Shown here: piece by piece, positions 19,939-29,923 of the stretch
How positions within the stretch are numbered: the first letter of the stretch is position 1
Layout: the number at the start of each line of letters is the position of its first letter
DNA from: an uncultured Thermococci archaeon
Lineage (GTDB): Archaea > CAYQAE01 > CAYVLA01
Length of the DNA: 64,000 nucleotides
NCBI GenBank assembly: GCA_964549615.1
Contig: CAZJVP010000011.1
Location: 65,926 to 129,925 of the forward strand
Direction of reading: 5' to 3'
Made by a program: the position numbers and the translations under genes
Notes under the pieces: model-generated
The model's input: the letters and a program-made list of their open reading frames with translations, nothing else
Databases searched by the model: none
What the model was told of the DNA's origin: nothing

Positions 19939-21117
19939 TCATTGGCAGTTAGCGGACTCTTTTGCCGCTTTCAGGAAGGTCTGGATGTGTGTCTCGGGCA
20001 CTGCAGCGTCAATGACCCCGCTGCTCAAGGTCCATCCTCCCTCACGCCCCATGGCATCGATGACCCTGCTGACCTCCGCTCTAATGGTTGCCTCGCTGAC
20101 CAGCCTGCCGGGGGCAATGAAGACGGAGAACCTCACCCGCTTGGGGCCGAAGACCGACTTGAACCTCGAGAGGTTGGACGAGCTAACCAAGCTACTGAAA
20201 TGGCCCACCGGGATCCTCTGGAAGAGGTCGATGAATTCATCCATCACGTCCTGGGTCTCGAAGCTCCACCTCGTCCATCCGCATTTTCGTGCGTAGGCCT
20301 GGTAGCAGGGCAGGACGTACCGCTCCACCAACGCGGGGGAGAAGTAGGCAAGCGGATTGTCGTAGAAGTGTCCTTGAGAACTGTCGCCCTCGTATTCGAT
20401 GCCCCACATCTGGCGGTAGTAGCGCCTGATCGCGTCGTAGACGTCCAGCATCTTGTTCATGAGTTTGTGGACGATCGGGGGGTCGGTGTACATGTCCCTG
20501 ATGAGTTGCCTTATGCCCCGGGCGTAGGCCGCCATCTGAAGTGGCCCGCCATCGCCACCCTGGATCCTCACGCTGATCAGATCGCCGACCAGCTTCTCGA
20601 TCACCTCCATCATCTGCAGGGTCTGTGGCATGAGGCCTGCCTTGGGTATGTCGGGGGTGACGAAGTCGTCTATCTTCTCCTTGGAATCAAGAACCCTGTG
20701 GCTCAAGTCGAGCCAGGCGAAATCATCCTCGGGGAAGACGCACCTACAGCCCACTATCGAGGGGTGCAGCACCACGCCTCCCAGCGGGCCGACCTCGCCC
20801 GAGGTCACCCACGGACGGTCGTCATCGAACTCCCTGAAGGAGTCGATTTGGGTCCTGAGCTGGTACTCGACGAGAAGCCGGGGATCCTTCCAGTACCTGC
20901 CGATCGCTATGTGGTACCTCCTCCTGAAGTACCAGTTCGACCAGACGGGGCTGAGGTCGACTGTGACGGGGATCCTATCGGGCTTCTCGAAATTGCGGGA
21001 TGCATCAAGTCGAATCCTTGCGGATTCCAATCTCTCTTTGCTTTCCTTCTCAAGCTTGGTGGCCTCGCGCAGAAGGCGTTCCACGTTCTTCCTGAACGCT
21101 GCGTCCGAACTCAACAT
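19939..21117 (-). CDS. Uroporphyrinogen decarboxylase / MtaA-CmuA methyltransferase superfamily protein
   Basis: PDRIPV, GPLQMAAYARG...DMYTDPPIVHKLM, FSPALVERYVLP, GGWTLSSG...VPETHI. Confidence 0.8.
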   Translation of the reverse strand: MLSSDAAFRKNVERLLREATKLEKESKERLESARIRLDASRNFEKPDRIPVTVDLSPVWSNWYFRRRYHIAIGRYWKDPRLLVEYQLRTQIDSFREFDDDRPWVTSGEVGPLGGVVLHPSIVGCRCVFPEDDFAWLDLSHRVLDSKEKIDDFVTPDIPKAGLMPQTLQMMEVIEKLVGDLISVRIQGGDGGPLQMAAYARGIRQLIRDMYTDPPIVHKLMNKMLDVYDAIRRYYRQMWGIEYEGDSSQGHFYDNPLAYFSPALVERYVLPCYQAYARKCGWTRWSFETQDVMDEFIDLFQRIPVGHFSSLVSSSNLSRFKSVFGPKRVRFSVFIAPGRLVSEATIRAEVSRVIDAMGREGGWTLSSGVIDAAVPETHIQTFLKAAKESANCQ

Positions 21118-21376
21118 TTTTTCGCCTCGCTCGTGCTGGACTGGGTGATCGGCGCTGTATCGCGCTGCCTGGTTGTCCGCCCGTCAAGCTAATGAATGTG
21201 ACAACGAGACCCCAATGCGGCTTGCACGAAACGAGAAGTAGCAGATCATATGGACAATCCGTCCATCCCACATTGCGCCCAAGCTAATTGGGAACATCGG
21301 AACCACCACATAGGAGTCTCCGGCAGCAGGACCTAAAGATGGGCCGGAATAAGGCCCCACGATCGTATGCGCTCAG

Positions 21377-23530
21377 TTGGTCTGGTGGTTGAGATTTATT
21401 AGAGCCGTTGCGGAGAGGATCAAAGGTTTCTGGGAAGAGTTGCACGGAATTCTCTTTGCAGTCAAGTGCCACGGAATTGTGGGGCGTTCCCTGATTATAG
21501 CGAGCCTCGTACTGTTAGTCGTAAATGGTGCCCATTGCGCCCTGGGAGAGGACCAAGTTGGTTGCAGGGTCTCCTTTGTGAATCAAACCTTGATGGTTGA
21601 CGGAAAACCATTCTTCATGCTGGCAACAATCTGGGGCAACCAGAGCCTAGAGCCAATCGCTGAACGCCATCTCAACACGGTTTTCTTCTGGACGTCAAGC
21701 TACCTGCGGAGCGCAATAGATCAGGCGAAGGCGCTAGGGCTAATGCTAGTTCCCTACATACACTCCCCACACCTCTACAGCGGCAAACTCACCATGGAGG
21801 ACGTGGCGCGGTTCGTCTTGGAGCTTGAGAACGAGACCCAGATCCTTGCGTGGAACATCGGCGACGACTTCGGCACGGCCGATGTCCCTCTCGCCAAGGA
21901 GGTCTATGAGCTCGTCAAGTCCATCGATCCCCAGAGGCCAGTGATGCTCGATGGGCCGATGGAGGGCAACTGGAGCTTTGTCGATATGTACTGCACGTAC
22001 AACTACCCGCTTCTCAAGGGGAACTATACCCCGGGAATGCCGGGGCTAAGAGGCAACGAGGACAACCTAGAGGTGTACGGAGACTATCTAGACAGGGCCA
22101 GATCTTCCCAGGGGCAGGGCCGGTACTTCTGGACCTGGCTTCAGGCACACACGCAGTATTGGTACACCCACAACCTCTTGGGCGGACCGCCGGCGGCGCA
22201 CAGGCCCAGCAGGTTTCCCGATCCCTCCCATATCAGAATCCTGACCTACACGGCCATATCGCATGGCGTCAGGGGCATAATCTATTACACCTATAAGTTC
22301 TTCTGGGACGACTGGTACGGACGCGACAGGTTCGCGGAGGTCGGCGTGATAGGTGCTGAGATCGAGATCGTCGGACCATACCTGGCAGCCGGCCGCCTGT
22401 CGACAAACCTTCCCACGGATTCTAAAGACCTACAGGTCTCATCGTTCGAATACGACGGTGACGTGTTGCTCGTCCTTGCGATGATGAGGCCTTACTACTC
22501 CTACAGCATAGACGAGGGGCTGGTGGAGAACGTGTCCATATACCTTCCGTTCTCGGCGGAAGGGATATCCGCGTATTCGATAAGCTTTCCAAGAGTGACC
22601 CCTCTCAAGCTCATTCCTGAAACGGCGGCTTCCTCCATCCTTATCATCCCGCGGGTGGAGCTAACGGACTTGGTACTTCTGACCTCTTCACCCGACAAGA
22701 TCCTGAGAATCGAGAACCAGCTTCTCTGCCTGCTTCCTGATGCAGCACGCTTCGCGGTAGAGGCCCTGGATGCCCAGATCGAGAAGGTGGGCCAGATCTG
22801 GTCCGAGCTTAGGCGGCTTGGCATAAATCCCCCCGGCTTGGACGACCTTTTCAGGCATGCCGAGGAAATGCATGCCCAGAGCGGCGAGCTCATTTCCCGT
22901 CAAAGGTACGCAGAGGCCTATGAAGCCGCCAGGGCAGGCCAGAGGCTTCTAAGGTCACTGACAGATTCCTGTTGGAAGCTGTTCAGGCCGATGTACCATG
23001 ACCCCCAGACACCAGCCCAGTTCAGGAAATACCTGATCGACTACTACGTGCTGCCCCTCTTCTACACAACCGCCTTGGAAGGCCTAAAGGAAGAAATCCA
23101 AGAACAGAACCAACTGCTGGACGAGCTGGTCAGTTTCGGTGTGGATGTGTCCGAGGAAAGGCGCCACCTAGCAAAGTTGAACAGGACATGGCTGGAAGAC
23201 AGCAACACAAACCTCTCGTCGCTGGTGCACGAGGTGTGGGGGCTGAGATACTCCTTGGAAAGGCTTAAGGCCGAGACCTATGTACGCGCCGCGGAACAGG
23301 CCATCGAATCTGCGAAAACGCTTGGGATCGACACATCCCGATATGAAATCTTCCTCTCTAGGGCCAAGATCTCCCTGCAGGAAGGGTTGTTCGAATCCGC
23401 AGTCACCTTGGCCTCCTATCCTCTTCAGCTATCGCAACAGATCCGCGAGCCGTTTATGGCCGCTGCACTGGTCCAGATCCTCGTTTTTCTCATGCTCCCA
23501 CTGGCGCGAGCGGAACCGGATCACCCTTGA
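21377..23530 (+). CDS. Secreted glycoside hydrolase-like TIM-barrel protein with helical region and C-terminal TM
   Basis: Signal peptide; LMVDGKPFF, ILAWNIGDD, IDPQRPV, AISHGVRGIIYY (GH2/GH42-like clan A features); C-terminal IREP + hydrophobic tail. Start uncertain. Confidence 0.7.
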   Translation: MVWWLRFIRAVAERIKGFWEELHGILFAVKCHGIVGRSLIIASLVLLVVNGAHCALGEDQVGCRVSFVNQTLMVDGKPFFMLATIWGNQSLEPIAERHLNTVFFWTSSYLRSAIDQAKALGLMLVPYIHSPHLYSGKLTMEDVARFVLELENETQILAWNIGDDFGTADVPLAKEVYELVKSIDPQRPVMLDGPMEGNWSFVDMYCTYNYPLLKGNYTPGMPGLRGNEDNLEVYGDYLDRARSSQGQGRYFWTWLQAHTQYWYTHNLLGGPPAAHRPSRFPDPSHIRILTYTAISHGVRGIIYYTYKFFWDDWYGRDRFAEVGVIGAEIEIVGPYLAAGRLSTNLPTDSKDLQVSSFEYDGDVLLVLAMMRPYYSYSIDEGLVENVSIYLPFSAEGISAYSISFPRVTPLKLIPETAASSILIIPRVELTDLVLLTSSPDKILRIENQLLCLLPDAARFAVEALDAQIEKVGQIWSELRRLGINPPGLDDLFRHAEEMHAQSGELISRQRYAEAYEAARAGQRLLRSLTDSCWKLFRPMYHDPQTPAQFRKYLIDYYVLPLFYTTALEGLKEEIQEQNQLLDELVSFGVDVSEERRHLAKLNRTWLEDSNTNLSSLVHEVWGLRYSLERLKAETYVRAAEQAIESAKTLGIDTSRYEIFLSRAKISLQEGLFESAVTLASYPLQLSQQIREPFMAAALVQILVFLMLPLARAEPDHP

Positions 23531-23749
23531 CTACCTCACACTAGAGCCGCACGGCTGATGACACGCCGGCCACCGTCTCTTCCCAAGGAGGCTCCGCGCG
23601 ACGGCGCGGAAGCGAACCTTGGCCAGATACCTCTGCCAGTTGCGTAACAGCCTGTAGACCGCGCGATGATTGCAGACCGATGCATGGCCGGCCGCCTGTG
23701 GGCTCTTTTGGAAATGGCACACATCTCCCGCAGGCAAATGACGGAAAGC

Positions 23750-23948
23750 CAGATGGCGGCACACAAGGACGTTGTACACCCTTGAGGAACTCTACTGGAT
23801 GTGTGAACAGGCAAGAAAGCATCTTGGCAAGGAAAGCATACTGTTGGCCGGGTCATTGCAAGGCCCTTCGTCGGCGAGCCTATCCATTTCAGGAGAACAG
23901 GCGAAAGGAGGGACTACTCGCTTCCACCTCCATGTATAACTCCTGGAC
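23750..23948 (+). pseudogene. deoB: Decayed internal fragment of phosphopentomutase
   Basis: Across two frameshifts reads QMAAHKDV / [17 protein letters not shown] / [34 protein letters not shown], matching conserved DeoB cap-domain motifs. Confidence 0.8.
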
Positions 23949-24103
23949 AGCGCACGGGGGCGCGTCCATGCGTCCCCGGCGGCTATTTCCTTCCGAACTT
24001 CCGCGTGCTGTGGAAAGGCTTTCCTCCCCGGCAACCTAGGCTCATTTCGTCGGATCACATTCAAGAGCAGCGTGGGCATACGCCGGATCTCAGTCGTGTG
24101 GCC

Positions 24104-24862
24104 ATGTCGTTTGACCCCCTGGACCTGACCAAGAGCACGGAGGCAGTGGTCGTGAAGGGCGAGCTCAGGAAGTACTACCGGGTCGCCAGGCCAGGACGAT
24201 GGTACGGCGGCATAGCGAGCTCCGACTGCTGCGGGTGCAACCTGAGGTGCGTGTTCTGCTGGAGCGGCGTTCCCCGAGATTCGCCCGCCAACGTGGGAAG
24301 GTTCTACTCGCCTCAACAGATATTCGAGAGCCTCACGGGCTGCGCAAAAAGGTTCGGCTACGCGCAGCTGAGGGTGAGCGGGAATGAGCCGACCATAGGC
24401 AGGGATCACCTTCTTCGGCTGCTCGAGCTTCTGGATGGGACTAGGTACAGTTTCATCTTGGAGACCAACGGCATCCTGCTCGGCCATGATCGCAGCTATG
24501 CCAAGGAGCTGTCGAGGTTCGAGCGCGTGCATGCCAGGGTCTCGATCAAGGGCACCAACGCTCAGGAGTTCTCGAGACTGACGGGGGCATTGCCCGAGTC
24601 ATTCGAGCTTCAACTCCAGGCGCTGCGGAATCTCTTGGACGCCGGAGTTCCCTGCCATCCGGCGGTCATGCTGTCGTTCAGCACGGAGGGTGGGCTCGAG
24701 GGACTGCGTGAGAGACTGAGGGAGATCCAGCCCACCTTGGTCGAGGAACTGGAGAAGGAGTTCGTGTTCCTGTATCCGCACGTCGTCAGGCGCTTGAGGG
24801 CGGCTAAGGTACAGCCCCTAACGGCATACGAGCCGACCCGTGTGCCCCCGGAGTTGGTGTAG
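24104..24862 (+). CDS. Radical SAM protein (short archaeal-type family)
   Basis: [19 protein letters not shown] (CxxxCxxC), SGNEPT, ETNG. Confidence 0.9.
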   Translation: MSFDPLDLTKSTEAVVVKGELRKYYRVARPGRWYGGIASSDCCGCNLRCVFCWSGVPRDSPANVGRFYSPQQIFESLTGCAKRFGYAQLRVSGNEPTIGRDHLLRLLELLDGTRYSFILETNGILLGHDRSYAKELSRFERVHARVSIKGTNAQEFSRLTGALPESFELQLQALRNLLDAGVPCHPAVMLSFSTEGGLEGLRERLREIQPTLVEELEKEFVFLYPHVVRRLRAAKVQPLTAYEPTRVPPELV

Positions 24863-25003
24863 CTTGCTCATTTCCCAGTGCCGAATGTGCCTTGACGCGC
24901 CGAAGGGAGCTCTGGAAAATGTTCGATGGCTTTATATCAGGCGAATTGCTGCGAGGGAAGCGATGGTTTTCACGTCGCACAGACGTGATCCTGAGGAATA
25001 ACC

Positions 25004-26134
25004 GTGCCGAGAGAGACGATCGAGGACCGGACTACTCGCGACTGCGCGATGTATCTTCCGGCAGGGCAGCTCCCGGTAATCGAGGGTCTGCCAGAGATTC
25101 TCAGAATGAATGACGGCACGAGTGTGCGAAGTCGAAGGGACTGGGCTCGACGGCGCCGGGAGATCGAGGCGATGATGCTTCATTATCAGTACGGACGGAT
25201 GCCGCCGAGGCCCGTCAGCTTTATTGCACGCGAGACATCCTCTAGGCCTGCGTACGACGGCGCCGCAACCGAGAAGCACATCACGCTGCGCATGGGACCT
25301 GAGCGTGGCGTGTCGGTCCGGCTGCGCATGGTCATCCCGGCCGGCGAAGGTCCCTTCCCGGTCATCCTGAGGAACGACCGGGACTTGGGAACGACGGCGA
25401 TAGCGGAGGAGATCATCAGGCGTGGGTATATTCTCGCGGAGTACAACCGGCATGACGTTGACCCGGACGGCCCCGACAGGAACGATGGTGTCCATCCCTT
25501 CTACCTTGGGTTCGACTGGGGCACCTTGGCGGCTTGGGCGTGGGGCGGCATGCGGGTGGTGGACTACCTGCTGACGTTGGACGTCGTGGATGAGGGGAAG
25601 ATCGCCTTCACTGGTCACTCGAGGGGAGGCAAGGCCGCGCTGCTCGCAGGTGCACTCGATGAGAGGATAGCCCTGGTTTCGCCGAACGGGTCGGGCACGG
25701 GGGGCGCGGGCTCGTACAGGATACAGGGCAAGGGGGCCGAGACGCTGAAGGACATCTTGAAAAACTTCCCGTACTGGTTCGTGCCCCGGCTCGCCGGCTT
25801 CGTGGGCCGAGAAAACAGGATGCCCTTCGATCAGCACTTCCTCAGGGCTCTGGTTGCTCCGCGGGCAGTCCTATCCACCGATGCCCTAGGCGACCAGTGG
25901 GCCAACCCGCTTGGCACCCAATACATGTTCGTCGCGGCCCAGCCCGTCTTCGACTGGCTGGGGGTTGGCGGCAATAATGCTATCCACTTCCGCCAGGGAG
26001 GGCATGCCCAGGGGCCGGATGACTTAAGGGCGCTCTTGGACTTCGCGGACCGGGTGTTCTTCCGCAAGACGCCCGAGAGCGGTAGAAGGTTCGATCTGCT
26101 TCCCTTCCCGCAAGAGCGAGGGGAATCGGGGTGA
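25004..26134 (+). CDS. CE15 4-O-methyl-glucuronoyl methylesterase-like alpha/beta hydrolase
   Basis: WGTLAAWAWG, GHSRGGKAALLAGALDERI, SGTGG, PFDQH...LVAPR, DQWANP, GGH. Confidence 0.88.
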   Translation: MPRETIEDRTTRDCAMYLPAGQLPVIEGLPEILRMNDGTSVRSRRDWARRRREIEAMMLHYQYGRMPPRPVSFIARETSSRPAYDGAATEKHITLRMGPERGVSVRLRMVIPAGEGPFPVILRNDRDLGTTAIAEEIIRRGYILAEYNRHDVDPDGPDRNDGVHPFYLGFDWGTLAAWAWGGMRVVDYLLTLDVVDEGKIAFTGHSRGGKAALLAGALDERIALVSPNGSGTGGAGSYRIQGKGAETLKDILKNFPYWFVPRLAGFVGRENRMPFDQHFLRALVAPRAVLSTDALGDQWANPLGTQYMFVAAQPVFDWLGVGGNNAIHFRQGGHAQGPDDLRALLDFADRVFFRKTPESGRRFDLLPFPQERGESG

Positions 26135-26198
26135 GGCAAATGTGAGTGGGATGGATGACGGGAGCATTTGGGTGCCGACGCCGGGGCCCGTGGCCGAG

Positions 26199-27260
26199 TC
26201 ACGCCAGCTGTTGGGTGAGCGCGTTGATCCAGCCTTTCGTCTTCTCCACGCGCGCAAGCAAGGCCATGTAAAGCCCGTCGGCCGTCTCCTTGAGCGTGCG
26301 CTGCGAGTTGGTGTAGATGTTTCTCTTTGTGGCTTCATCGACTTGGTGAATCCATTCAGGCCTGAGTGTCTCCGCACCAGAGAGGGCGCCGGAGAGTCCG
26401 CCCGAGATCGCTGCGAGACAGTCCGTGTCGCGGCCGAAGTTCACCGACGCGATGATGGACTCCTGGGGGTCGCCCTTGGTGACCTTGAAGACGGCGAAGG
26501 CCTTGGACACAACTTCGTTTGCCCACGAATGGGCGTATGGGACTCCCTTTCCATTGTAGATGTCGTGGAAGGCGTCCCTCAGGGCAAAGGGTTCCGTGAA
26601 GCGATCGGCCATCTCCAGCGCCCGCGCAAGTTCTTGGCGGATTCGTTCATGGGCCGCGCCGAGGGCGGATGCGATCACCGACTCAATGCTGGATCCGGGA
26701 CAGAGTGCAGTGGATATGCCGGCGGCCACGACGGCTGCCCATTTCAGCCCATCGCCGACGGGCGTGTTATATAGTAGCCCAACGTCGTAGACATCCCTCA
26801 CTGCCGATCGGGGGTCGCATGCATTGATGATGCCCAGTCCGTGGCAGGACCGGGACATGGTCACTAGGCCGTCCCACGGGCAGTATCGCCCGATGTGCTG
26901 TGCAGGTATGCCCGCGCGGGCCATGGCCAGCAGGGTGCTCTCGAAGGGCTCGGATACCATGCCCTCGGATTCGGGCTTGATGTCCCTAAGCCATATCCTC
27001 ACTACATCCTCGGCCGTGATGCGGTCCTGCTTCTCGATGATCGCCGTCAGCATGAGCTTCTGTCGCTCTATCCCGTCCTCGGTGGTGCCGGGCGGACGCA
27101 TCCAACCGTTGCGGTAGTGTTCGTAAGGAAGGAGCCTGTCAAGCACGCCGTATTCCTTTTCTATCCGCTCTTTGTCCCAACCCTCCACGGGCGCACCCAT
27201 CGCCGATCCTATGTGGGACGCGGCTATGCAGCCGAAGATCTTGTTGTGAAGAGTCGTCAT
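26199..27260 (-). CDS. ADP-ribosylglycohydrolase family protein
   Basis: IGSAMGAPVEG, TTEDG, VNFGRDTDCLAAISGGLSGA. Confidence 0.88.
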   Translation of the reverse strand: MTTLHNKIFGCIAASHIGSAMGAPVEGWDKERIEKEYGVLDRLLPYEHYRNGWMRPPGTTEDGIERQKLMLTAIIEKQDRITAEDVVRIWLRDIKPESEGMVSEPFESTLLAMARAGIPAQHIGRYCPWDGLVTMSRSCHGLGIINACDPRSAVRDVYDVGLLYNTPVGDGLKWAAVVAAGISTALCPGSSIESVIASALGAAHERIRQELARALEMADRFTEPFALRDAFHDIYNGKGVPYAHSWANEVVSKAFAVFKVTKGDPQESIIASVNFGRDTDCLAAISGGLSGALSGAETLRPEWIHQVDEATKRNIYTNSQRTLKETADGLYMALLARVEKTKGWINALTQQLA

Positions 27261-27274
27261 CGCTCCTCACCTCG

Positions 27275-27760
27275 TTAGTGCTGTCCTGAGAAGCGCAGCT
27301 GCGGCAGTTCGATGGCGTGGCCACGTTCGTCGTGTGCGACCGTGGTCATCTCCCTTCTCATCTCAGGCCCTCGAAGCTCCGCTATGCCGACCTCGCAGAG
27401 GATGTAGCAGGTGCACCCCTCTTCCAGGTGGCCGCCGAAGGCCCCATCCGGCGTGGATGCGGTGAAATGTACGTGTGGCTGGCCGTCGACGATCGAGCCG
27501 TTCATGCTCAGGATCTCGATGCCCCCTTCCCGCTCACCGAATTTGTTTTCAGGCGGGAAACGGTTGTGGGTAACCCAGTGCAGGCACGCCTTGGAGAGCG
27601 TGCCGTATCCCCAGACGACGGCGCCCTGCCGGATCCCCTTCTCCGCGATGAATCTCTTGAGCGACGCAAGGACATCCTCTCCCGGGTCGATCCTTACGAC
27701 CCAGGTAGCTGTGTTTTCGAATCTTCCTGCCTCCAACCTTTCTGCACCCAGTCGGCCCAA
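27275..27760 (-). CDS. PPC domain (DUF296) protein
   Basis: RIDPGEDV, GYGTL, EILSMNGSI, HVH, GGHLEEG. Confidence 0.9.
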   Translation of the reverse strand: MGRLGAERLEAGRFENTATWVVRIDPGEDVLASLKRFIAEKGIRQGAVVWGYGTLSKACLHWVTHNRFPPENKFGEREGGIEILSMNGSIVDGQPHVHFTASTPDGAFGGHLEEGCTCYILCEVGIAELRGPEMRREMTTVAHDERGHAIELPQLRFSGQH

Positions 27761-27774
27761 GCGGCGCGAGCTGA

Positions 27775-29121
27775 TTAGGGTTGCGTGCCAAGCTCGTATC
27801 CCGTTCCCCTTTCTGGGACGATGGTCTGCGTTTCCAGGGTGCGGCAGAACCTGGCGAAGAGCTCGGGGTCCTCCGTGTGTATCGGGAAGACCTTCTTGGG
27901 CTCTATGGTCTCTATGGCGTTCCTAAGCTCAAGGGGCATGATGTGCCCCGAGACGTGGATGTGGTACTGGGGCAGCCCGTAGTGGCGAAGCCAGTTCAGG
28001 AGCTTCTCGAAGTCGATCTCCATCTCCTCGCTGAAGGGCTCGGATCCGGAAAGGATGTAGCAGCTCTCGCCGACGGGCTTTATCCTGACCATCTCCTCCA
28101 TGTCGTAGAGGGAACAGGCCAACACCGTCTTGTCCTGCAGCTGCGATATCTGGGCGGAATCGACCACGTTGGGGTACTCAAGGATCTCCTTCTCCCAGTT
28201 GTAGTAGGTCTTCTTGGTCCGTTTGAAGATCAGTATGCCCTCGTCATCCGGCCCCGGTATGCAGAGGTGGGGATCCCTGCATAGGCGGGCCAGGAGGTGT
28301 GCCTGTTTGAGGCTAATCCCCAACTTTCGCCCGTTAGCCCTGGATGCGTTGTAGAAGGACCTGATCCTGTCCACATCGGCCCTGGCGAAGTCCGCGACGA
28401 CCAGCCCCCTTGCCTGCCCCACGACCTCGGCGAGCTTCTGCTCGACCATGGGCTCGGAGAACGGGGTTGCCCCGGTTACGTTGGTGGCTTCGGTGATCAT
28501 CGCGACCGGATGAGCGTCGCGGGCGGCTTGCACGAACTCATCGGTCATCTCGGGCTTGGTGCCATGGGCCCTGAAGTCCCCGGTATACACGATCGCCCCC
28601 TCGGTGGTGTGTACCACGAAGCCGTACGCACCCGGCACGCTGTGGTCCACGTGTATCGGCTCAACCTCGATCGATCCGACCTTCACCTTGTCCCCGGTCC
28701 TGAAGGTGCTGAACCTGATGTCCTTCAAATCGAACTCGAAGGTCTTGGGGCTCATCTCGGCCAGGGACTCAAGGATGGTCGCCGTGGTTTCGCCGCAGTG
28801 GATCGGCACGGATCTCTTCACGAAGGTTATGTAGGAGGCGTGGTCCATGTGGGAGTGGGACAGGAATATTGCATCCACCGAGGGCTCGGACTCGTCGAAG
28901 GCGTACAGCCCCTGGAGGTCCGGCACAAGCCCGAACTCGAAAAGCGCTTCGTGGCACCTGGGCGAAAGGAAGGGGTCGGCGTAGTATCTTCGCTTGGCCC
29001 CGAAGGGCATGCCGAAATCGAGGAAGATCCTTGTGTCATGGTCCTCCACGAGGATCTTGTTGCCGCCGATCTCTCCCACGCCGCCGTGAAAGGTGAGTTT
29101 GACCAAGGCTAGGGCCCGCAC
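27775..29121 (-). CDS. MBL-fold beta-CASP ribonuclease (RNase J-like)
   Basis: GGVGEIGGNKI, DFG, HSHMDH, VDHSVPGA, YTGDFR, HVSGH, PIHTE; start may be TTG 29106. Confidence 0.88.
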   Translation of the reverse strand: MRALALVKLTFHGGVGEIGGNKILVEDHDTRIFLDFGMPFGAKRRYYADPFLSPRCHEALFEFGLVPDLQGLYAFDESEPSVDAIFLSHSHMDHASYITFVKRSVPIHCGETTATILESLAEMSPKTFEFDLKDIRFSTFRTGDKVKVGSIEVEPIHVDHSVPGAYGFVVHTTEGAIVYTGDFRAHGTKPEMTDEFVQAARDAHPVAMITEATNVTGATPFSEPMVEQKLAEVVGQARGLVVADFARADVDRIRSFYNASRANGRKLGISLKQAHLLARLCRDPHLCIPGPDDEGILIFKRTKKTYYNWEKEILEYPNVVDSAQISQLQDKTVLACSLYDMEEMVRIKPVGESCYILSGSEPFSEEMEIDFEKLLNWLRHYGLPQYHIHVSGHIMPLELRNAIETIEPKKVFPIHTEDPELFARFCRTLETQTIVPERGTGYELGTQP

Positions 29122-29389
29122 CTCGTAGGCGGTTCGGGCTATTATCTGTTGCGCGGGTCAATGACGCTTGGATGCGTCATGGGGGTGTTGTGCGATCTTT
29201 GCAGCTGGTGCGGGTCGTGCTCGTCGTAGAGCGAGCTGATGCGGAAGTGCGGATTTCCGGAGAGAGCGGGCTTGCGCGGTCGACAAGACGACTTCCGGCC
29301 GGACTGGCTGGTGCTTGGTTGCTCGATCAAGGAGATAGGCCATGGGCTTCATAGTTCAACGGGGTCTGGGACCAAGACCAGGCTCAGGC

Positions 29390-29923
29390 TCAACAGGTCT
29401 TCCGTTCCGGCTTGGGAATCTCGAATGCAGGATCGAGGGGGTTGATCACTTTGATGAAGTCGAAATCCGCAAAGTCGCCCACGTTTTCGCTGAGGATCGT
29501 CCTGATGCCATTTGCCTTGGCGCTGAAGGCGAGGCGGCAGTCGTGTATCCAAGCTCCCCTATCTGGCTCCCGCTTGCCTGCCTCTATCCAGGCGAATACC
29601 TCTCTGAAGGACTCGTCCGTCTCAAGGATCATGCGAAGGGCGGATGATGTCGCCAGTGCTCGAGCTATCATTGCGGCCTGTGCCGTCTCGATGGGCCGCG
29701 CAACCTGGGAGGTGGCCACCGCGTAGAATTCGGCGATGTTCTGCGATGCCACGCAGGCCGACAACTCTCCCTTCAGTGCTGCGGACAGCAGACTCCTACA
29801 TTTCTTCATCTTGGACGTGAGCTTACGGGCTTCCGCTGGGGTGCCTGCATCTTCTTGGGTGCACGCGTAGGCGTACACGAGTATGTTGGTGTCCAGCAGG
29901 AAGGGTTCAGCCTCGCTTGGCAT
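29390..29923 (-). CDS. PIN-domain (VapC-like) toxin
   Basis: LLDTNILVYA, QNIAEFY, IHDCRL, SENVGDF, VINP. Confidence 0.9.
   Translation of the reverse strand: MPSEAEPFLLDTNILVYAYACTQEDAGTPAEARKLTSKMKKCRSLLSAALKGELSACVASQNIAEFYAVATSQVARPIETAQAAMIARALATSSALRMILETDESFREVFAWIEAGKREPDRGAWIHDCRLAFSAKANGIRTILSENVGDFADFDFIKVINPLDPAFEIPKPERKTC

Noticed and set aside
23544-23564. GAGCCGCACGGCTGATGACAC resembling the 3' half of a fluoride riboswitch
   Set aside because: No GGxRAUG 5' element or complementary pseudoknot partner upstream, and no suitable downstream gene.
29142-29352. Possible second PIN remnant (MAYLLD... and ...VIDP in different frames)
   Set aside because: Only two short words match and the intervening sequence has no PIN features.
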